A stretch of DNA of 53,928 nt, filler included, from Sphacelaria rigidula (taxonomy: Eukaryota): the NCBI GenBank assembly GCA_964200075.2. It is 5 parts of 5 records of this genome, joined end to end, with 100 filler letters (N's around TTAATTAATTAA, not from the genome) between each part and the next. Parts side by side here need not be neighbours in the genome. Positions count along the whole stretch, not along the records: positions 10,807 to 21,512 come from CAXNAA020006051.1; positions 21,613 to 32,318 come from CAXNAA020006052.1; 3 more parts are not named here. One strand, 5' to 3'. Positions 11,087-24,190 of this stretch are shown here, one piece after another. Below the pieces are notes generated by a model, which was not told where the DNA came from, ran no database searches, and saw nothing but the letters and a program-made list of their open reading frames with translations. The stretch's first letter is position 1. The number at the start of each line of letters is the position of its first letter. A program made the translations under genes and the position numbers.

Positions 11087-12080
11087 GGGGGAGTGTACTC
11101 ATGATTTTGCATGATGCTGCAGTCTCAAGACCATTGACTTCGCATCCCTACAAAACCGGGACGGAGTATGCCGGGCTTTCGCCGGACCAGACTCGCAATC
11201 ACCAAGCACGAAGCGCCGTGGTGTGTTGAGCGGGTCGCATGGAGGGTGAGCTCCGTCCCGCCAAGAGTTGTTCAGCCCGAAGCGTGAGCATGAACTTGCA
11301 CGTGTATCACGTCAGCCTTGAATGAGTTGCTGCATTTTCTGGTATCGCTACTTTTGAAGACAGCTGCGAGTTATTTGGGTAAACTACCTCGTTGATGTCT
11401 CAGCATTCAAAAACTGCGTATTATGATCATGCCGCTTGCGCGGACTCAACCCCTTTGGTACTGGCAATGGACAAGTGTGGATTTCGAGGCACTATTTTTT
11501 TTAATGACATATGGTTGAATATTTACAGCTTTCACGCAAAACTATTAACCTGAGCCGTGTTTTTCAGATGCGTATAAAAATGTGCCCCAATGCCGCACGG
11601 GACTGTACAAAGAAAAAGACAGGCAGTGCTGATTTTTGTTCGTATAGACTTGAGACACCCAAGTGCTGATTTTGGCTGTGTGCACAAACTTGAACAAACT
11701 TGAACCGTTGCGCCCCTCACTGGACACACTAATCTGACTGCACCTGGGTGACATTTTTGGTGCTCGCATGACGCATATCGGTGGATTCTTCTGTGGCCTT
11801 CCGCCGTGAAAATGGTTGCCGTCGATTTTTTCTGTTCCCATTTTTTCTTCTTTGTCAAGGATTGAAATAATGAGGCGTCTGGCGCGGGGACGGACGGGGA
11901 GGGTTCTCAAAGGGATAGCTTCTTCACCCCGCACAGCATGATCTAACTCGACTACGATTGACCACGACCATGGTTACCGCAAAGAAGTGCGAGCGTAAAA
12001 AAAAAAACGGTAACCTGGTTGCCTAGGTCACGTAGTGAGTGGCGTGTTTCACAGCATCGTTGCCAACCGACGCCAACCCT
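11087..12080 (-). repeat. Dispersed repeat family A, copy 2, split by an insertion
   Basis: 11087-11448 and 11918-12080 are the reverse complement of consecutive parts of 2420-2870 and 53370-53880. Confidence 0.8.
11451..11914. mobile_element. 464-bp insertion with CCCTTTG...CAAAGGG termini (non-autonomous DNA transposon, possibly piggyBac-like)
   Basis: Absent from the other two family A copies. Has 7-bp perfect terminal inverted repeats. No intact TTAA target duplication. Confidence 0.55.
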
Positions 12081-15000
12081 CAAAAACGGAACGCCCTATG
12101 AAAGGGAATATAGGAAAGATGAGCTCAATCAACCAATTGTATGTGGAAGTTAGGACACTCCGCAGTCAATGAGAGTCTTGCAGAGGCGTTCGTACTGCTT
12201 CGATAGTGCCTTTTAGACACGGTGTATAAAGTTTTTTTCATTCCAAAGAATGTGGGGCGGGGGGAACGAAGGAGCGGGGGTATAACAAATATACGTCAAC
12301 AAAAGGGGAAAAGGTATGATGCCCTGACTGAGAGACGTCCCACCCGTCGTGCTTCTGGAAAAGTACCGCAAGTTCGACCGTCCACGTGTTGCGGGCTATT
12401 TCGAATTGACCGCTCGATCGCCAAGATTTTGAAAGTTTTGCTGCAGCAGCATTCGCGTATTTGAAACATCTTGTCTGAACTGTCGCGTTGATGTTGAGAT
12501 ACATCACGTAGTCTCACCGGAAAATGACCGCAGTACACAGTACGATACTTGGTAGTCAAAAGGATCGACTCCGACATGCGGGTTTTGTGCGCTCTCTATA
12601 TTCGTAGTGCTTACAAGCCGCACGGGACCCGGGGCTGCGCCCCGGTGCCGTCCATCTTTTTCGAGGGTCTCGGTATTCTCGCCTTGCCAAGCCTTCGTGA
12701 GAATATATCCTCTCTCGAAATGTTCATGCCCGCCGGAAACATTGCAGGACCACCGCCATCGCGCGTCCGTTCGAACGGTCGCGATGGCATGTGTACCCCC
12801 GCACAAAGTAAAGCACGAGTCCGCTAACCGGGCCCCTAGCATTGGCATTGGCCCGAACAGTCATCTCCCGGGGCGGGTGTGGAGGAACTTGCACACTAAA
12901 AGCATCAATACATCTCGTGGACGCCTCGTTACAAAGTAATCTTGACGCTCGTGAGTTCGAAATATTTTATGTATATAATATGTGTCATAGTTTAGTACGG
13001 TAATTGGTGTTGATCCTGCATCTTGACTGAGTATCGTATCGCACTGCATGTGTGTGTGTTGTTCCTTTACGCGATGCAGGGCATGAAGTGCGAGGAGGCG
13101 TTATTTGGATATATCAACTCCTGTGCGATGCTACGGGAGCATTTTTCGTGCGGGGAATGCGCGGTCAGCCTAGGGCCTGATCAGCCGTGCTACGTCTCTC
13201 CCGACGCACCAGTCGCGAAAGTGAGCACAGTGGTGTACATGCTTGTCCACAAAACGCGGGTGATGATTTGCACGATTAGTTCGCTTCACTACGAACCGTG
13301 TTGCTTGAGATGCCTGCATGTTGACTATTTTTCGGTGCCCTGCTGTTCTTTCGGGATAATATTGTGCGTGTGTATGCGGCGAAATGGCATTTTGTTTTGC
13401 CCAGAACCGCCAAGGTTTGGCGCTCGGGGGGAGGCTACTTCATAAGCGCACTTGATGAGATTTTCTGCCAACGGTTGAAACATTGTCATGAGAGACCCAC
13501 GAGGTCTCAAAGTTCATCACTCTATGCATCATCTCCACGGCAATGAGCTACCCTCCGAACACTTGGATGTGTATGGAGATCGTCTCTGGCTGGTGTATAG
13601 TATCCATTGTGTTTTTATTTTCGGAGTACAGCAGTGGCTAGTGTTGTGATGCTTACAGAGCCAAGTTTGGCGCGTTATTCTCGTCGTTGCAACCAGAGCT
13701 CGTTCTAGTGTACAATTGTCATCCTCCTCTCTCCCACTCGCGCTTAGTGATTGCGAGCCTGTTCCTGTCCAAACCCTGCGTACTTCTTCCCGGCTGCTGC
13801 AGGGATACGAGGTGAATGGTATCAAGACTACGGCATGCAATATAATGATTAACCTCCGTACTACTCCACCACCACCGCCTCCTCCTCTTCCTCCTCCCCA
13901 GTAGGGTTTGTTCATCAGTCACACAGGAATCGAAAGTTAGTCACCTCCGACTCCCCCTTGCCTCCAAATTGCCTGCATCCTTGTGTCGCCTTCCGTGCTC
14001 CTTGTGTCGCGGTTGTTTTCCTCGTGACCATGTCACGCATACCTGTTTGGGCGATGCTATGGGTGACCAATTGTTCACGCCCTCGGCATGTGCTGGTGCT
14101 GTGGTGCTCTAACCTCCTGTTCGTCTCGTCATGCTACGGGGGGTGTGCCACCAACAACGACGAACGTTGGAATGACAACGCAACACCTTGCATGTATCGC
14201 AAAAACGGCTGTCGTACGTTTGGGGTGGCGGCTGCGGTGTGGGTGTGTTGATCCATTCTGTTGTTGGTATGTTTCTTGGCTTTTCTGGGCGGCTCGTGGC
14301 TTGTGTGTGTGTTGTGTCTTGTGGTTGATTCGAATGATGGGTTGGTGTGTTATTTTTGCTACTCCTTGACTTTGTTCTTATTATCGTGTCCTGTGGGATT
14401 TCATATCGTGTTCTTGGGGTTTCCTTTTCTGTTTTTTTCTCCGCCCCCTCTTGTATTTTCGATATTGTCCGTTTCTTCTCGTCAGTATCCGGGGAAGTGT
14501 TTGACGACCGAGACACCCTTAGATTCGCAATGTTCCGCGTCTCATCCGCTCACTCGAAGGCTGTGTCCGTGCTCGCTTAAGCGATAGCAATGGCGCTGCC
14601 GGCACTGATGGTAGGCGACGGAGTATAGCACCCCCTCCCCCCACTACCGCCACCACTCCCTTTCTCCGCCCCACCACTCCCGCCCCAGAGTGATCAGCTG
14701 TTTTTTTACCCGAAAAATTGGGGCGGGCGAATGCTGGCCGCTGAAAGCATTGAGACTTGGACGGCATGTCGTGGTGTTGAGATGAATACATGAGTCTGTC
14801 CGCGGCATGGAGCAAGCATCTGTGTTATTTCGTCGGCCGCCGCACCACAGAAGAGGGAGGGGCAGAGGCACCGTGTGTGCGGAAAACAGGGGTACCTTTA
14901 GTTTTGTTTTATTGCCGGCCATGTGTCTGTTTTCGAGTGAGAGGCATGCTGAATTGGACACGCTCGAGTGTGCATGGAGAAAACGACGTGGTCACCGTGA

Positions 15001-16823
15001 AGTGCAAATTACGGGGTGTGATACACTCCCTTTTCGGGCTCCCGTGGCTATGTTTTTTTTTTTTTTCCCTGTTTTTTTCGCGCGAAAGTTTACTGCTGCT
15101 ACCTTTTGTACTCGTTTTCCTGTTGATGGAGGGCACGAATCCGGATTATTTCACGACTGTTTCGTCACGGCCTTCTTTGTCTTCAGATTGATGCATCATC
15201 TCTCGTCATAGGTATCTCGTATCACACAAATGAGGGAGACATATCCATCCGTCCATAGAGGGGGCAGTGTCACGCCTCAGTCCTTTACAAGATGTTGGAG
15301 TGCATGCAGCGGGCGTCTCTTTCGGGAAGCGTAGCGCGGGACGGACGCGATTTACGAGTGAGTCAAGCCAACATGCATTCCCCGCAACACACCGTTAGTG
15401 AGCTAGCTGTAAGTGCGCCGTGCTCTGGGGTGTGTAGATTACCACACCTTACAAGGACCCATGCAGTACCGCATGTGGCAGGAAACAGGCGCGGGTGATG
15501 GGTTTTGGGAAGTCGAATTTATCTTGAGCGGGTATTGTTTAGAGGGTGGTAAACCGATACGGTGCCGTATATAGCGTATTCAGGTGTGAATCATGCCGAG
15601 ATAGCCTCTCCACGAAAAGTGCACCGGAGACCGTCCGACAAACCGACTGCGATCCCACGATTGGGCTCGTTTGCAGCAATTTCGCCCACATGAGAGGCGT
15701 GTAGTAGTCCGAAATCAGCTATAACGCCCAAACGAGCCGCATCGTACAGCACGAAACCAGCTCTAACGGTATTTATGATCATCGCCTCCGCGCACCTTTT
15801 TGGCCGATTCGTGGGGGGGCTATCTCTGCAGCAGTCGTGTGGTGCGGCGTTCCGGGAAGTAGACAAAGAGATACCACGTGGAGATGCTATTCAGGGAGTG
15901 TTATTCAGCACACGGTTGTTATAAGGTGTCACATCCAACAACCTGCCTATATTTCGTATTGTAAATGTCTTTCGTTTTGTCCGATATCGCACGCTCCTTG
16001 AGCATCCATTCAACGAAATTGGCTTGTCACGTTGGTCGTATAATATATTGACCACCATTGCATGGTATGTCATCACAATAATTGCTAGATTATTCGAAGG
16101 TCGAAGTGTCGAAGCTCTCACTCATGGAGACATTATTCTGGGTCTATTTGTTTGATCGGATGAGATCTGGTGGGAGCCAGGATCCCTGTGAAATGGAATC
16201 AAGACAGCATAATCTCGAAATTTGACATTCGGTCGGTTTGGGGTTCTTGGTGATATTATAGTATCCAGGGAATGTCGTGCTACCCCTGAGTGCTTTTGGT
16301 TGTACTCCAGTATGAGCGTGTCAATTGATATCTACGGAAATCACTGTAGCCAAAGTATTTGCGGTTTAAGTCTACTCGTATGCAAATTGTTTGAGTTTCG
16401 TAGAAGCCTACTAGTAACTTGGATCAAGTATCGCCGGTCACCTGACTACAGTATGGTTGGTCATTAATCAAGACGATAGCCAAAACTACTTGACTATATA
16501 ATGCAAAACACCAAATAACTTGGTTTGAGTGTATCCGTCAACAAAGTTCATGAATTTAGTGTGGGCAACCCTTGAGTACCCAACAGTTGGAGTTTCCTCC
16601 CACCCCCGGGATGCGTGGGGTGTTTGACGTTCAAAATTCCAGTCTCGAACATACGGGACCCCATGTTCCCGAACAGAACCACGCATGACATCATCGCTCC
16701 TCCGGCGGCGGGGGGTATCCAATTGCAGTATTTGTAGTGGGCTCCAGGCGATACTGTCCCCATGCTTAGAGGGATACACCATGAACAGGAAGAACCCGAA
16801 TACAGGATGGGAGAATCCCTAGC

Positions 16824-17234
16824 AACACGGGATTTTACGAAGTAGGAATGGATCTTTATTTGGGCACGAAAACCCGGAGGATGTAAATCTTCGTATCCAC
16901 ACCAAATCCTCGAAGTATGCTTCCATTTCTTAACTTGCTGGTGGCTATTGACAATCACCACACGCCATACAAATTTTGGTTTCGATGATCGATTGACCGA
17001 AATATCGGGGGCCCACGTGGAAAACCAATTTTGGCGCCCGATCGGACACCTAAAATCCCCCAAAATCGATTGTAGAAATGCAAACTTGTATGGCGTGTAG
17101 TAGTTGTCAACAGCTACCAGCAAGTGAAGAAATGGAAGCATACGTCGAGGATTCGGTGTGGATACGAATATTTGAATCCTCCGAGTTTTCATCCCCAATA
17201 AAAGATCCATCCCCAATTCGTAAAATCTCGTGTT
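16824..17234. mobile_element. Foldback/MITE family B, complete copy with about 155-bp inverted arms
   Basis: 16824-16977 is the near reverse complement of 17082-17234, with a spacer of about 105 bp. Flanks are TAGC/TAGT. Confidence 0.88.
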
Positions 17235-18048
17235 TAGTGCTGGCGTCCAGTATAAACACAACAGGTCAACCGACCAGGAGTCAATAGGAGAACGAAGGGA
17301 TATGCTACTAATGTATGTACATATCCACCAGGCAGGGGCACATCCGCGGTAATCGAGGCCACCCTTGAGATGTCCGAGTTGAGTACATTAGAAGAGCCCA
17401 AAATATGACAAATGACCCACAATAGTATAAAAACAACATCGATCGGTGAAGTTGGATTTGCGAGGAAGATGTAGGGTGGTAGCTCTACAGGGGACGAGAA
17501 AACGACCGTCTCAGGGCGTGATTCCTACCGTGAAGTTAGGGTTGACATTCACCCTTTTGGCCCATACCATGCCAAAGGCGACACGTTTAACAGTAGTTTC
17601 GTGAGATCGAGAGTCTACGATACGATTGAGAGTAGGCTGTTCATTCGATTCAGCGGCCGGGTATGCCTGCATCATTAATGGACAAAACTCATACCTCGGA
17701 CATTGGTGCAAATGATACAAAAATAATAGTAGTGTTGACCATAGTGGTCGTCCATATGCGTGTCTCTACTGTACAAGCCGAGTACTAGAGGGAAACAACA
17801 ACAGGATTTCGGTCATGCAGGTTACGAGGTTATGCTAGCTCATGCAAATATGGCTTACTTTTACTATCATATATGGTTACACATTTCACCATGCCATTTG
17901 GCACAGTTCGATTTACTATCATGCCGATCTTCTAGCATCTGCTCGCTGCTGGAATCAAACATCTTACTGTCTCACCGTTATTACTCTTGAAACAATCGTA
18001 AGCTCACAGCATGTTGGTAAGTCCAACGTAGAATGACACAGGACGAAC

Positions 18049-21000
18049 GTCACGATATGCTTGGTCACAGATTAAGGTCGGTTTCTTTTCTCTTTCTCTC
18101 GTTGGTGGTGTCGAGAACTTCGCACTTCCGAAAAGGAGCGGACACCAGGGTGCACCCGATTGGGTCGGTCCTCGGAAAGAACCGGATCCAACCAGATGTA
18201 AAGAGGCATGTTTATGTATTCCGTCTCTCGACGGATTTACATAACGCCTCACCCCTGACTGCGGCACTAGCCAGTTCCCGCAATCAGCCCTCCGTGCGCG
18301 TAAGTCGTTTTGAATCGACGGCTCATCATCGTACTACCCTTATCCACCACGCCACGCCGTGATCCGTAACCCCCCCCCCTCAGTCCTAGGGTTGAAAAAC
18401 CCTGGAACTAAGCGTGCTTCACACGATAGATCGCCGCGTTACCATGTCCCTCTTCCCGAGTACTCGGCGTCTTGGTGTAGCCGTCGATCTTGAAAATCGT
18501 TCTGCTGGGTTATACTGTGTAGGGCATTGCAACACCGCGCAGGAACGATTCTATCCCGCCCAGGGGGGGGTCTTAAATCTTGTTGACCGCTCTGCCGGGT
18601 TAGACCACGTAGGGAATTTAAACACCGTACAGAAACGATCCCATCCAGTCCGGAGAAGTCCTTGATCTTGTTGACCGCTTTGTCGGGTTAGACCACGTAG
18701 GGAATTTGAACACCGTACAGAAACGATCCCATCCAGTCTGGAGAAGTCCTTGATCTTGTTGATCGCTCTGCCGGGTTAGACCACGTAGGGAATTTAAACA
18801 CCGTACAGAAACGATCCCATCCAATCCGGAGAAGTCCCTGATCTTGTTGACCGCTCTGGGCTGTCCGTAAACCGTTTGCGGATCTTGGTACATCGGAGAA
18901 TCTACCGCGCAATTGAGCCCCTCTCTGCTCGAGATGGTGTATCGGATGGACGGGGCCTGGTCTGCGGTTGATATAATTTCCACAACATGAAACACGTCCA
19001 ACTGTAACTCAGTGAAACTGTCCAAATTCCTCTCTGAAAGCCAGTGTGGTTCAGCTCCGTCGTGAAACAACCGTTGATGATCTCAAACTCACGACGATCC
19101 TGGACCCAGCACTGCTTTCCCATCCGTCAGAGTATATAGTAGAGGTGTGGACGCGATGTCCTCAGCCAACCCTAAATGTGACCCCCCAAGCTAGCTAACA
19201 GACCTCGCCTGGACCTGAATGCTACAGCTGTTCTGGGTTCACATGAAATTTCTCCACGTTGGCCGCGAACACCGTTCGCTCTTGTACTTTACGCACCTGC
19301 ATTTTGACCTCAAGATTGACACCTGGTATCACCCCCTACTGCACCGTTCCCGGCCCAGTCTACAAGTCGTGTACAAATTTGGCCGGTATATCTTCGTTCA
19401 GAAGGGAGCTGTCAGACTCTTTGATTAGCATCATATCTTATACCTCTTCCCTACGCCGGTGGCGTTGGGTTAACAGCTCATGAAAGTCTTTCAATGTTTG
19501 TCGCTGTTGCTCTACCGTGTTATTCAACGGTAGGGATTCTGCTTCAGGTGACACAGAGTCGACTTGGGTGCGAGGCTCGCGCTCAAAAGCAGCATTAATC
19601 TCGTTGAGCTATGCGGCAGTGACTGGTCGTAAGTAGTATGATGAATCCACACAGCAGGATACACATACTCGTCCCCCCATTATAGACACGGCTCACCCAG
19701 CTCGGCTAAAACGAACTCCCCCCCAGCGTCACTTCAAAGGAAATAGGGCGTTTCGAGCGTCAAGGACAGTTCCAGCAGACCCTCAACTACGTACTCGGTA
19801 ACCGTGGGCTGCTAGTGAAAGAGCAGGAGAAACTTGGTTGCTCGATCCATGACAACCAACAAGTACTTATTACCAGAAGTAGAAGTCTGCTTTATGTCCG
19901 ATATGTTCATCTACATCATCTCCCAGAACTACAAGAAGCGGGCGGGTCGCACCATTATGGTGCGACTGTTAGTACGTTTGCGTCGATGACATCCACAAAA
20001 CAGCACGTGTGTGCGAGTATCGGCGAAAAGACCGGGACACTCATAGCGTGCGTTGACCACTACAGTCGTTTTCATCACTCCGGCGTACCCGTGCGTAGTG
20101 TGCACCAACGCGAGCAGGCCAGGTACTAGACTGCGTAAAATAGCCAACTTACTTGGTGTCCAACTTACCTAGCGCCCTAGGTGAGGTATACCATAGAAGA
20201 TCATCATTTTGGAACGTACGCTTTCTGCCTCTTACTTGTACCTTCGTCCTTTTCTCCAACATGAACCCATCTCTGATGAGCTCAAGCCGGGAGTCCCGCT
20301 CTTGCAGCAAAAGTAGTCGCGGCTTCTTCATCAGAATCGCTCTCGCCTGCTCGAGAACGGTCTGAGGTCTACCTTTACCTCGTATCCGCGGCTCCTCAGG
20401 TGGAGCCTCCCCACCACCAGGGTCTTGGCATGACTCCCGCTCTGCCTCTTGAACCGACGAACGAGTTACAGCGGCTCCCCAAGCCTCTGGTAACTCTGCT
20501 TCGTCACGAGGCCACATCGTAGCGAGCGTGCTCAAATCCTCAACCTCACCCTGGATATGAGTCAGGCTGAACAAAACTTCCGCTTCCACTTGATATAACC
20601 GCCTTCATCATCCACGGGTGAACGAAATTAGCCACAATCTATGGTATGGCGTCGTTAATTCACGGGGTGGTATCTCGTAACAGTCGAGAGTAGTCGCAAC
20701 TTTCACGAAATCGTCTCTTTTCAGCTCGACTGCTTCTTCCTATCCACCTGCGTCCGCCCCATGGTGTCTGAATTCCTCGCGCCTTGGTTTCCCTTTCGTC
20801 AGCTGAGAACGAAATAATCTGGGCATCGGATTCTCGGAAGTGTGAATCGCCTCGCCCTGTCCTGTCGGCACCAGAAAAATAAATACTTGTCCGCCCTAAT
20901 CGCTAACCCAACGTGGGGCAGGCGACGGTGTACGTTTTCACTCGCTGCTTCCACGCTCGCAGTTGTCTCTTCCTCCGACGATCAGCTTTCAAGGCGACCA

Positions 21001-21500
21001 CATAGGTCCTTCTCTTCCGATACGGTGTGCCCACCTGCACGGCTGATACTGAGGCCTGCTCAGTGAGACCCCCAGGAGAGCGCACTATCACAGCAGTACT
21101 CTCCAAGATCAGCGTTGTCACAGAGGTTGGTGAGAGGAATGACTCGACCAACTTTTTGACGACACTGGCTGATGCTGACTCCGGCTCGGCCCATTCGAAT
21201 GGTGCAACCCGACTTGTATCCCCTACCAACACTTGTGGTTGCACTTTTTCCACAAGGTTGTGGAAAAAACCGCGCCCCGGACTCGTATGTACCAGCCTGA
21301 CTCCCTCTCCAATCTGATATACTCCAACACAGACCAACGCCTTCCAGTCCGCATCAGCGTATCACTTCTACGAACTCTTTGGCTGCCAAAATACTTCCTC
21401 CACCTTCAACTGGAAACACCCATTCGCTGTATCAACACTTCTAGAGTACTTGGATTCTGCTAGCCCACTATACATGGTCTACATATCCCTCCAGCTGCCG
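18049..21500 (-). mobile_element. Degraded Ty3/Gypsy LTR retrotransposon (integrase and chromodomain-like remnants); boundaries approximate
   Basis: Minus strand shows integrase Zn-finger-like LVHTTHGYAGVMKT...CGCHRRK (19929-20147), core start GNKYLLVVMDRATKF (about 19830-19880), GPY/F-like KFVHDL*TGPGTV (about 19345-19385) and chromo-like FHDGAEPHWLSERNLDSFTELQLDVFH (about 18990-19070). A G-run PPT candidate lies at 18370-18380. Many stops and frameshifts. Confidence 0.7.
18487..18858. repeat. 88-bp tandem repeat, about 4.2 copies
   Basis: Unit atcttgttgaccgctctgccgggttagaccacgtagggaatttaaacaccgtacagaaacgatcccatccagtccggagaagtccttg starts at 18487 (diverged), 18577, 18665, 18753 and 18841 (partial). 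Confidence 0.93.
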
Positions 21501-21512
21501 CTATACGACTCA

Positions 21513-21612
21513 NNNNNNNNNNNNNNNNNNNNNNNNNNNNNNNNNNNNNNNNNNNNTTAATTAATTAANNNNNNNNNNNNNNNNNNNNNNNNNNNNNNNN
21601 NNNNNNNNNNNN
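21513..21612. other. Artificial spacer
   Basis: Same 100-nt N/TTAATTAATTAA/N linker. Confidence 0.97.
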
Positions 21613-21845
21613 ATGGTTCCCGAGTCTCTCCGCATCGACACAATGACTGGACTCACAGCTCACAATGCGTCGGTCTTTTGTGATGCGGGATGTTGTGGAA
21701 CACCATACTGTTTCGATCTCGGGGCTGGTGTCACGGTCAAGCCAGGCTCTTCCGTGACCAACGGGCGGTTGTCGCATCATCGATGGTTAGTTCCAGCAAC
21801 GGATACAGTACTGGCGGTCACGCGAATAGTTACAGAAACAGAACA
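21613..21845 (+). repeat. Left member of an inverted repeat pair, cut by the segment start
   Basis: Near-identical to the reverse complement of 27915-28143; the ORF track gives the same peptide MVPESLRIDTMTGLTAH on opposite strands. Confidence 0.92.
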
Positions 21846-22424
21846 GTAATAGTGTTCAGCACCACAGTACACATGCCTAACGAAGCACCTGCACAGCGAT
21901 CCCAAACGGCCAGCGAGAAGCTCGGGTTGTGTCCGCGAAAGATATGTCTTGTGACTCAAAGCTGCAGAGAACGGCAGGACTACTGTACAGTCTGAGGTAT
22001 CATTTGATTAGACCTTGTCGCATTGCAATGCCACGTTGGTTTGAAGACGAGCATTGAGTTGCCGATTACCACGATGTGTCATAGTAGTGGGCTAGTTAAG
22101 CGGAGTTAGGCTACAAATGTTCATGGTTGACACTTTACAAGTATCGCCACCCCCACCTCTACCCCTAGAAACCTAACCCCAACTCAACGCAGACCGAAAA
22201 CCCTCGGACAAAGGCGGCACACAGCATTCTCTCGGCAAAGGGGGACCTTTGCAGACCCCAAATCGGCTCCTGTGGCGCCGATTTCAACGAAAACGCGTTC
22301 TGCGCACACGAGGAGCACACGGGACCGTCAGCCGTACTAAAGATCCGGTTCTCGTTGTGCACACTCTTATCGAGTCATACCAGCGATGGACATTTGTAGG
22401 CCAACGCTGGTCATCTCTACTGGC

Positions 22425-22672
22425 TGTGGCGAAATCACGCCGTCACGTTGAGTATATAGTGGATCCTGGATGATGACCAGGGAACAAGGGCATCCTGTGG
22501 ATGATGACCCCTACTGGGTAGCCTAGGCTTGACGGTACGGGGCTGCAGCTGTTTACTCTGGTAATGATGAGGTGTCGTGAAGGCTGACGACTGAGACCTT
22601 GAGGCCAGAGGAACTGGGGAGTCCCTCAACAGCATTTAGACGCTGCGGTACTGGCAACCTGCTGGCGTCGCA
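22425..22672 (+). repeat. 5' LTR (248 bp)
   Basis: TGTGGCG...CGTCGCA; about 15 mismatches to the 3' LTR by manual count. Confidence 0.92.
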
Positions 22673-22948
22673 ATATCGATACTAATGCTAGGAGTGCTAA
22701 GTGTGCTAGCAGTGCTATCATCGGGAGACTGCTGGAAATGGTTCAGCAGGCAGGAGTCTGGACAGCTTGTGAGAGCTTCGGGCATAAAGCTTCACGGACG
22801 CGTGAGGAGAGTTCAAGCTGAGGTAGCTGCAGAGGCGGCTGGCCCGTGATTGATTCAGGCTGGAGACTTGCTGGAGCTGGGTGCAGCGGGTGTTTATAGG
22901 ACCCCAGGGCTGTGTGGAGCGGCGAGGAAGGCAGATGTGAAGTGAAAG

Positions 22949-24073
22949 TTGAGAAGGTTTCAGAAATCTTTGATTTTCCACTCGAGAATATCGACTACCG
23001 AGGTACCGGCAATAGAGCCAGCGGGGGCGACTGTAACCCCAGTCGTTCTAAAGGAAGAGTTGCGGCCGCCCAGTTACGGGAATTTGTATTCTGGGTGTGC
23101 TTCTCGTTCGTTTTACACGAAATACGTGGAATGCAAGAGGAGGCTGGAGCATGCGAATGCGGGGGGCTCAGTAAGGAATCAGGTGATTTATATGGCGCAA
23201 CTAGTGCCTACCTCCCTCCAACGCGTCTTCGCGAGACGGTTCCATGAAAAGCATACCATAACGCCGCTGCAGTTGGCCGCAGCGATAATGAACCACGCAG
23301 GGCATGCGGCAGGCGCGGAGTTAAAGCTTACTCAGGCGTCTGCGGCCGTGGCGAGGGCTGTCGCAATGAATCACAAGGGGAGGACCATGCGTGAGAGGGT
23401 GGAGCCCATAATGGGTAAGTTGGAGACGTATTGTTCGGGAAATCCCAACGTAGAGATGCTTTATCGTTCCTCCGATGGCGAATTTCGCCCAGGGCCTGCT
23501 GCGGTGGTCACGACAGCGATGGCGGAGGGTCTAGCACCGGCGGAATCCAAGCAGGCGGTGCTTGTACAGTAACAGCACGAAACAAACTGGAAGTCGGACC
23601 CGTATTTAGTCATGGATATCGTGGTGGCTGAAGCTCAGGCATGGCGGCGGATCGAAATATTCGGAAAATCATCCACTTCGTCGCCGCAGTCTTCGAGCTC
23701 GCGTAACCGCGGATCAAAATCCGCAGGCAGTGCCGCTGCCAATATTACTTGCTATCAGTGTGGTCAGGTAGGTCACATCGCACGGATGTGCCCAACGCCT
23801 TCTGAGGGGGAGTCTAGGCAGACCAGTGCCGCGCGCCCTCGCAATCACAAACTAGGGAAAGGCAATCGGGGTGGTGGCGGAGGCGGATCCTCCAGCGTTG
23901 GAGGTGTACAGTCGAGTTCCCAACAGCAGCCACAGCAGGGGCAGCGGCATCAGCAGGGGTCCGGTTCTGGGTCCGGTTCGGCCGCAGGGGCTGCTGCTCC
24001 GCGACGGGCGGTGCAGGCGGTACCGATCCCTTTAGTGTCGGGCTCGGTGCCGGCGCCGCCGGCAGCAGAGTAA
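22949..24073 (+). pseudogene. gag, disrupted, with CCHC zinc knuckle
   Basis: ORFs 22949-23572 and 23612-24073 are in the same frame, separated by one stop. Contains CYQCGQVGHIARMC. Confidence 0.85.
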
Positions 24074-24190
24074 GGCGAGACGCCTGCGGCGGAGCCGGCC
24101 AGATTTCAGCTGAAATTTGGATCCGCTGCTGCGTCGGCCGGAGTACCGCCGCAGTTTGATTCTGCGGGCGGGGCTTCGTATCCGCCGGCG

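Noticed and set aside
16548-17261. 237-aa minus-strand ORF
   Set aside because: Spans the family B foldback arms; no protein motif and probably a chance ORF.
18487-18858. CRISPR-like array
   Set aside because: Units are head-to-tail with no unique spacers, and there are no cas-like ORFs; the same applies to 32770-33365 and 35155-35575.
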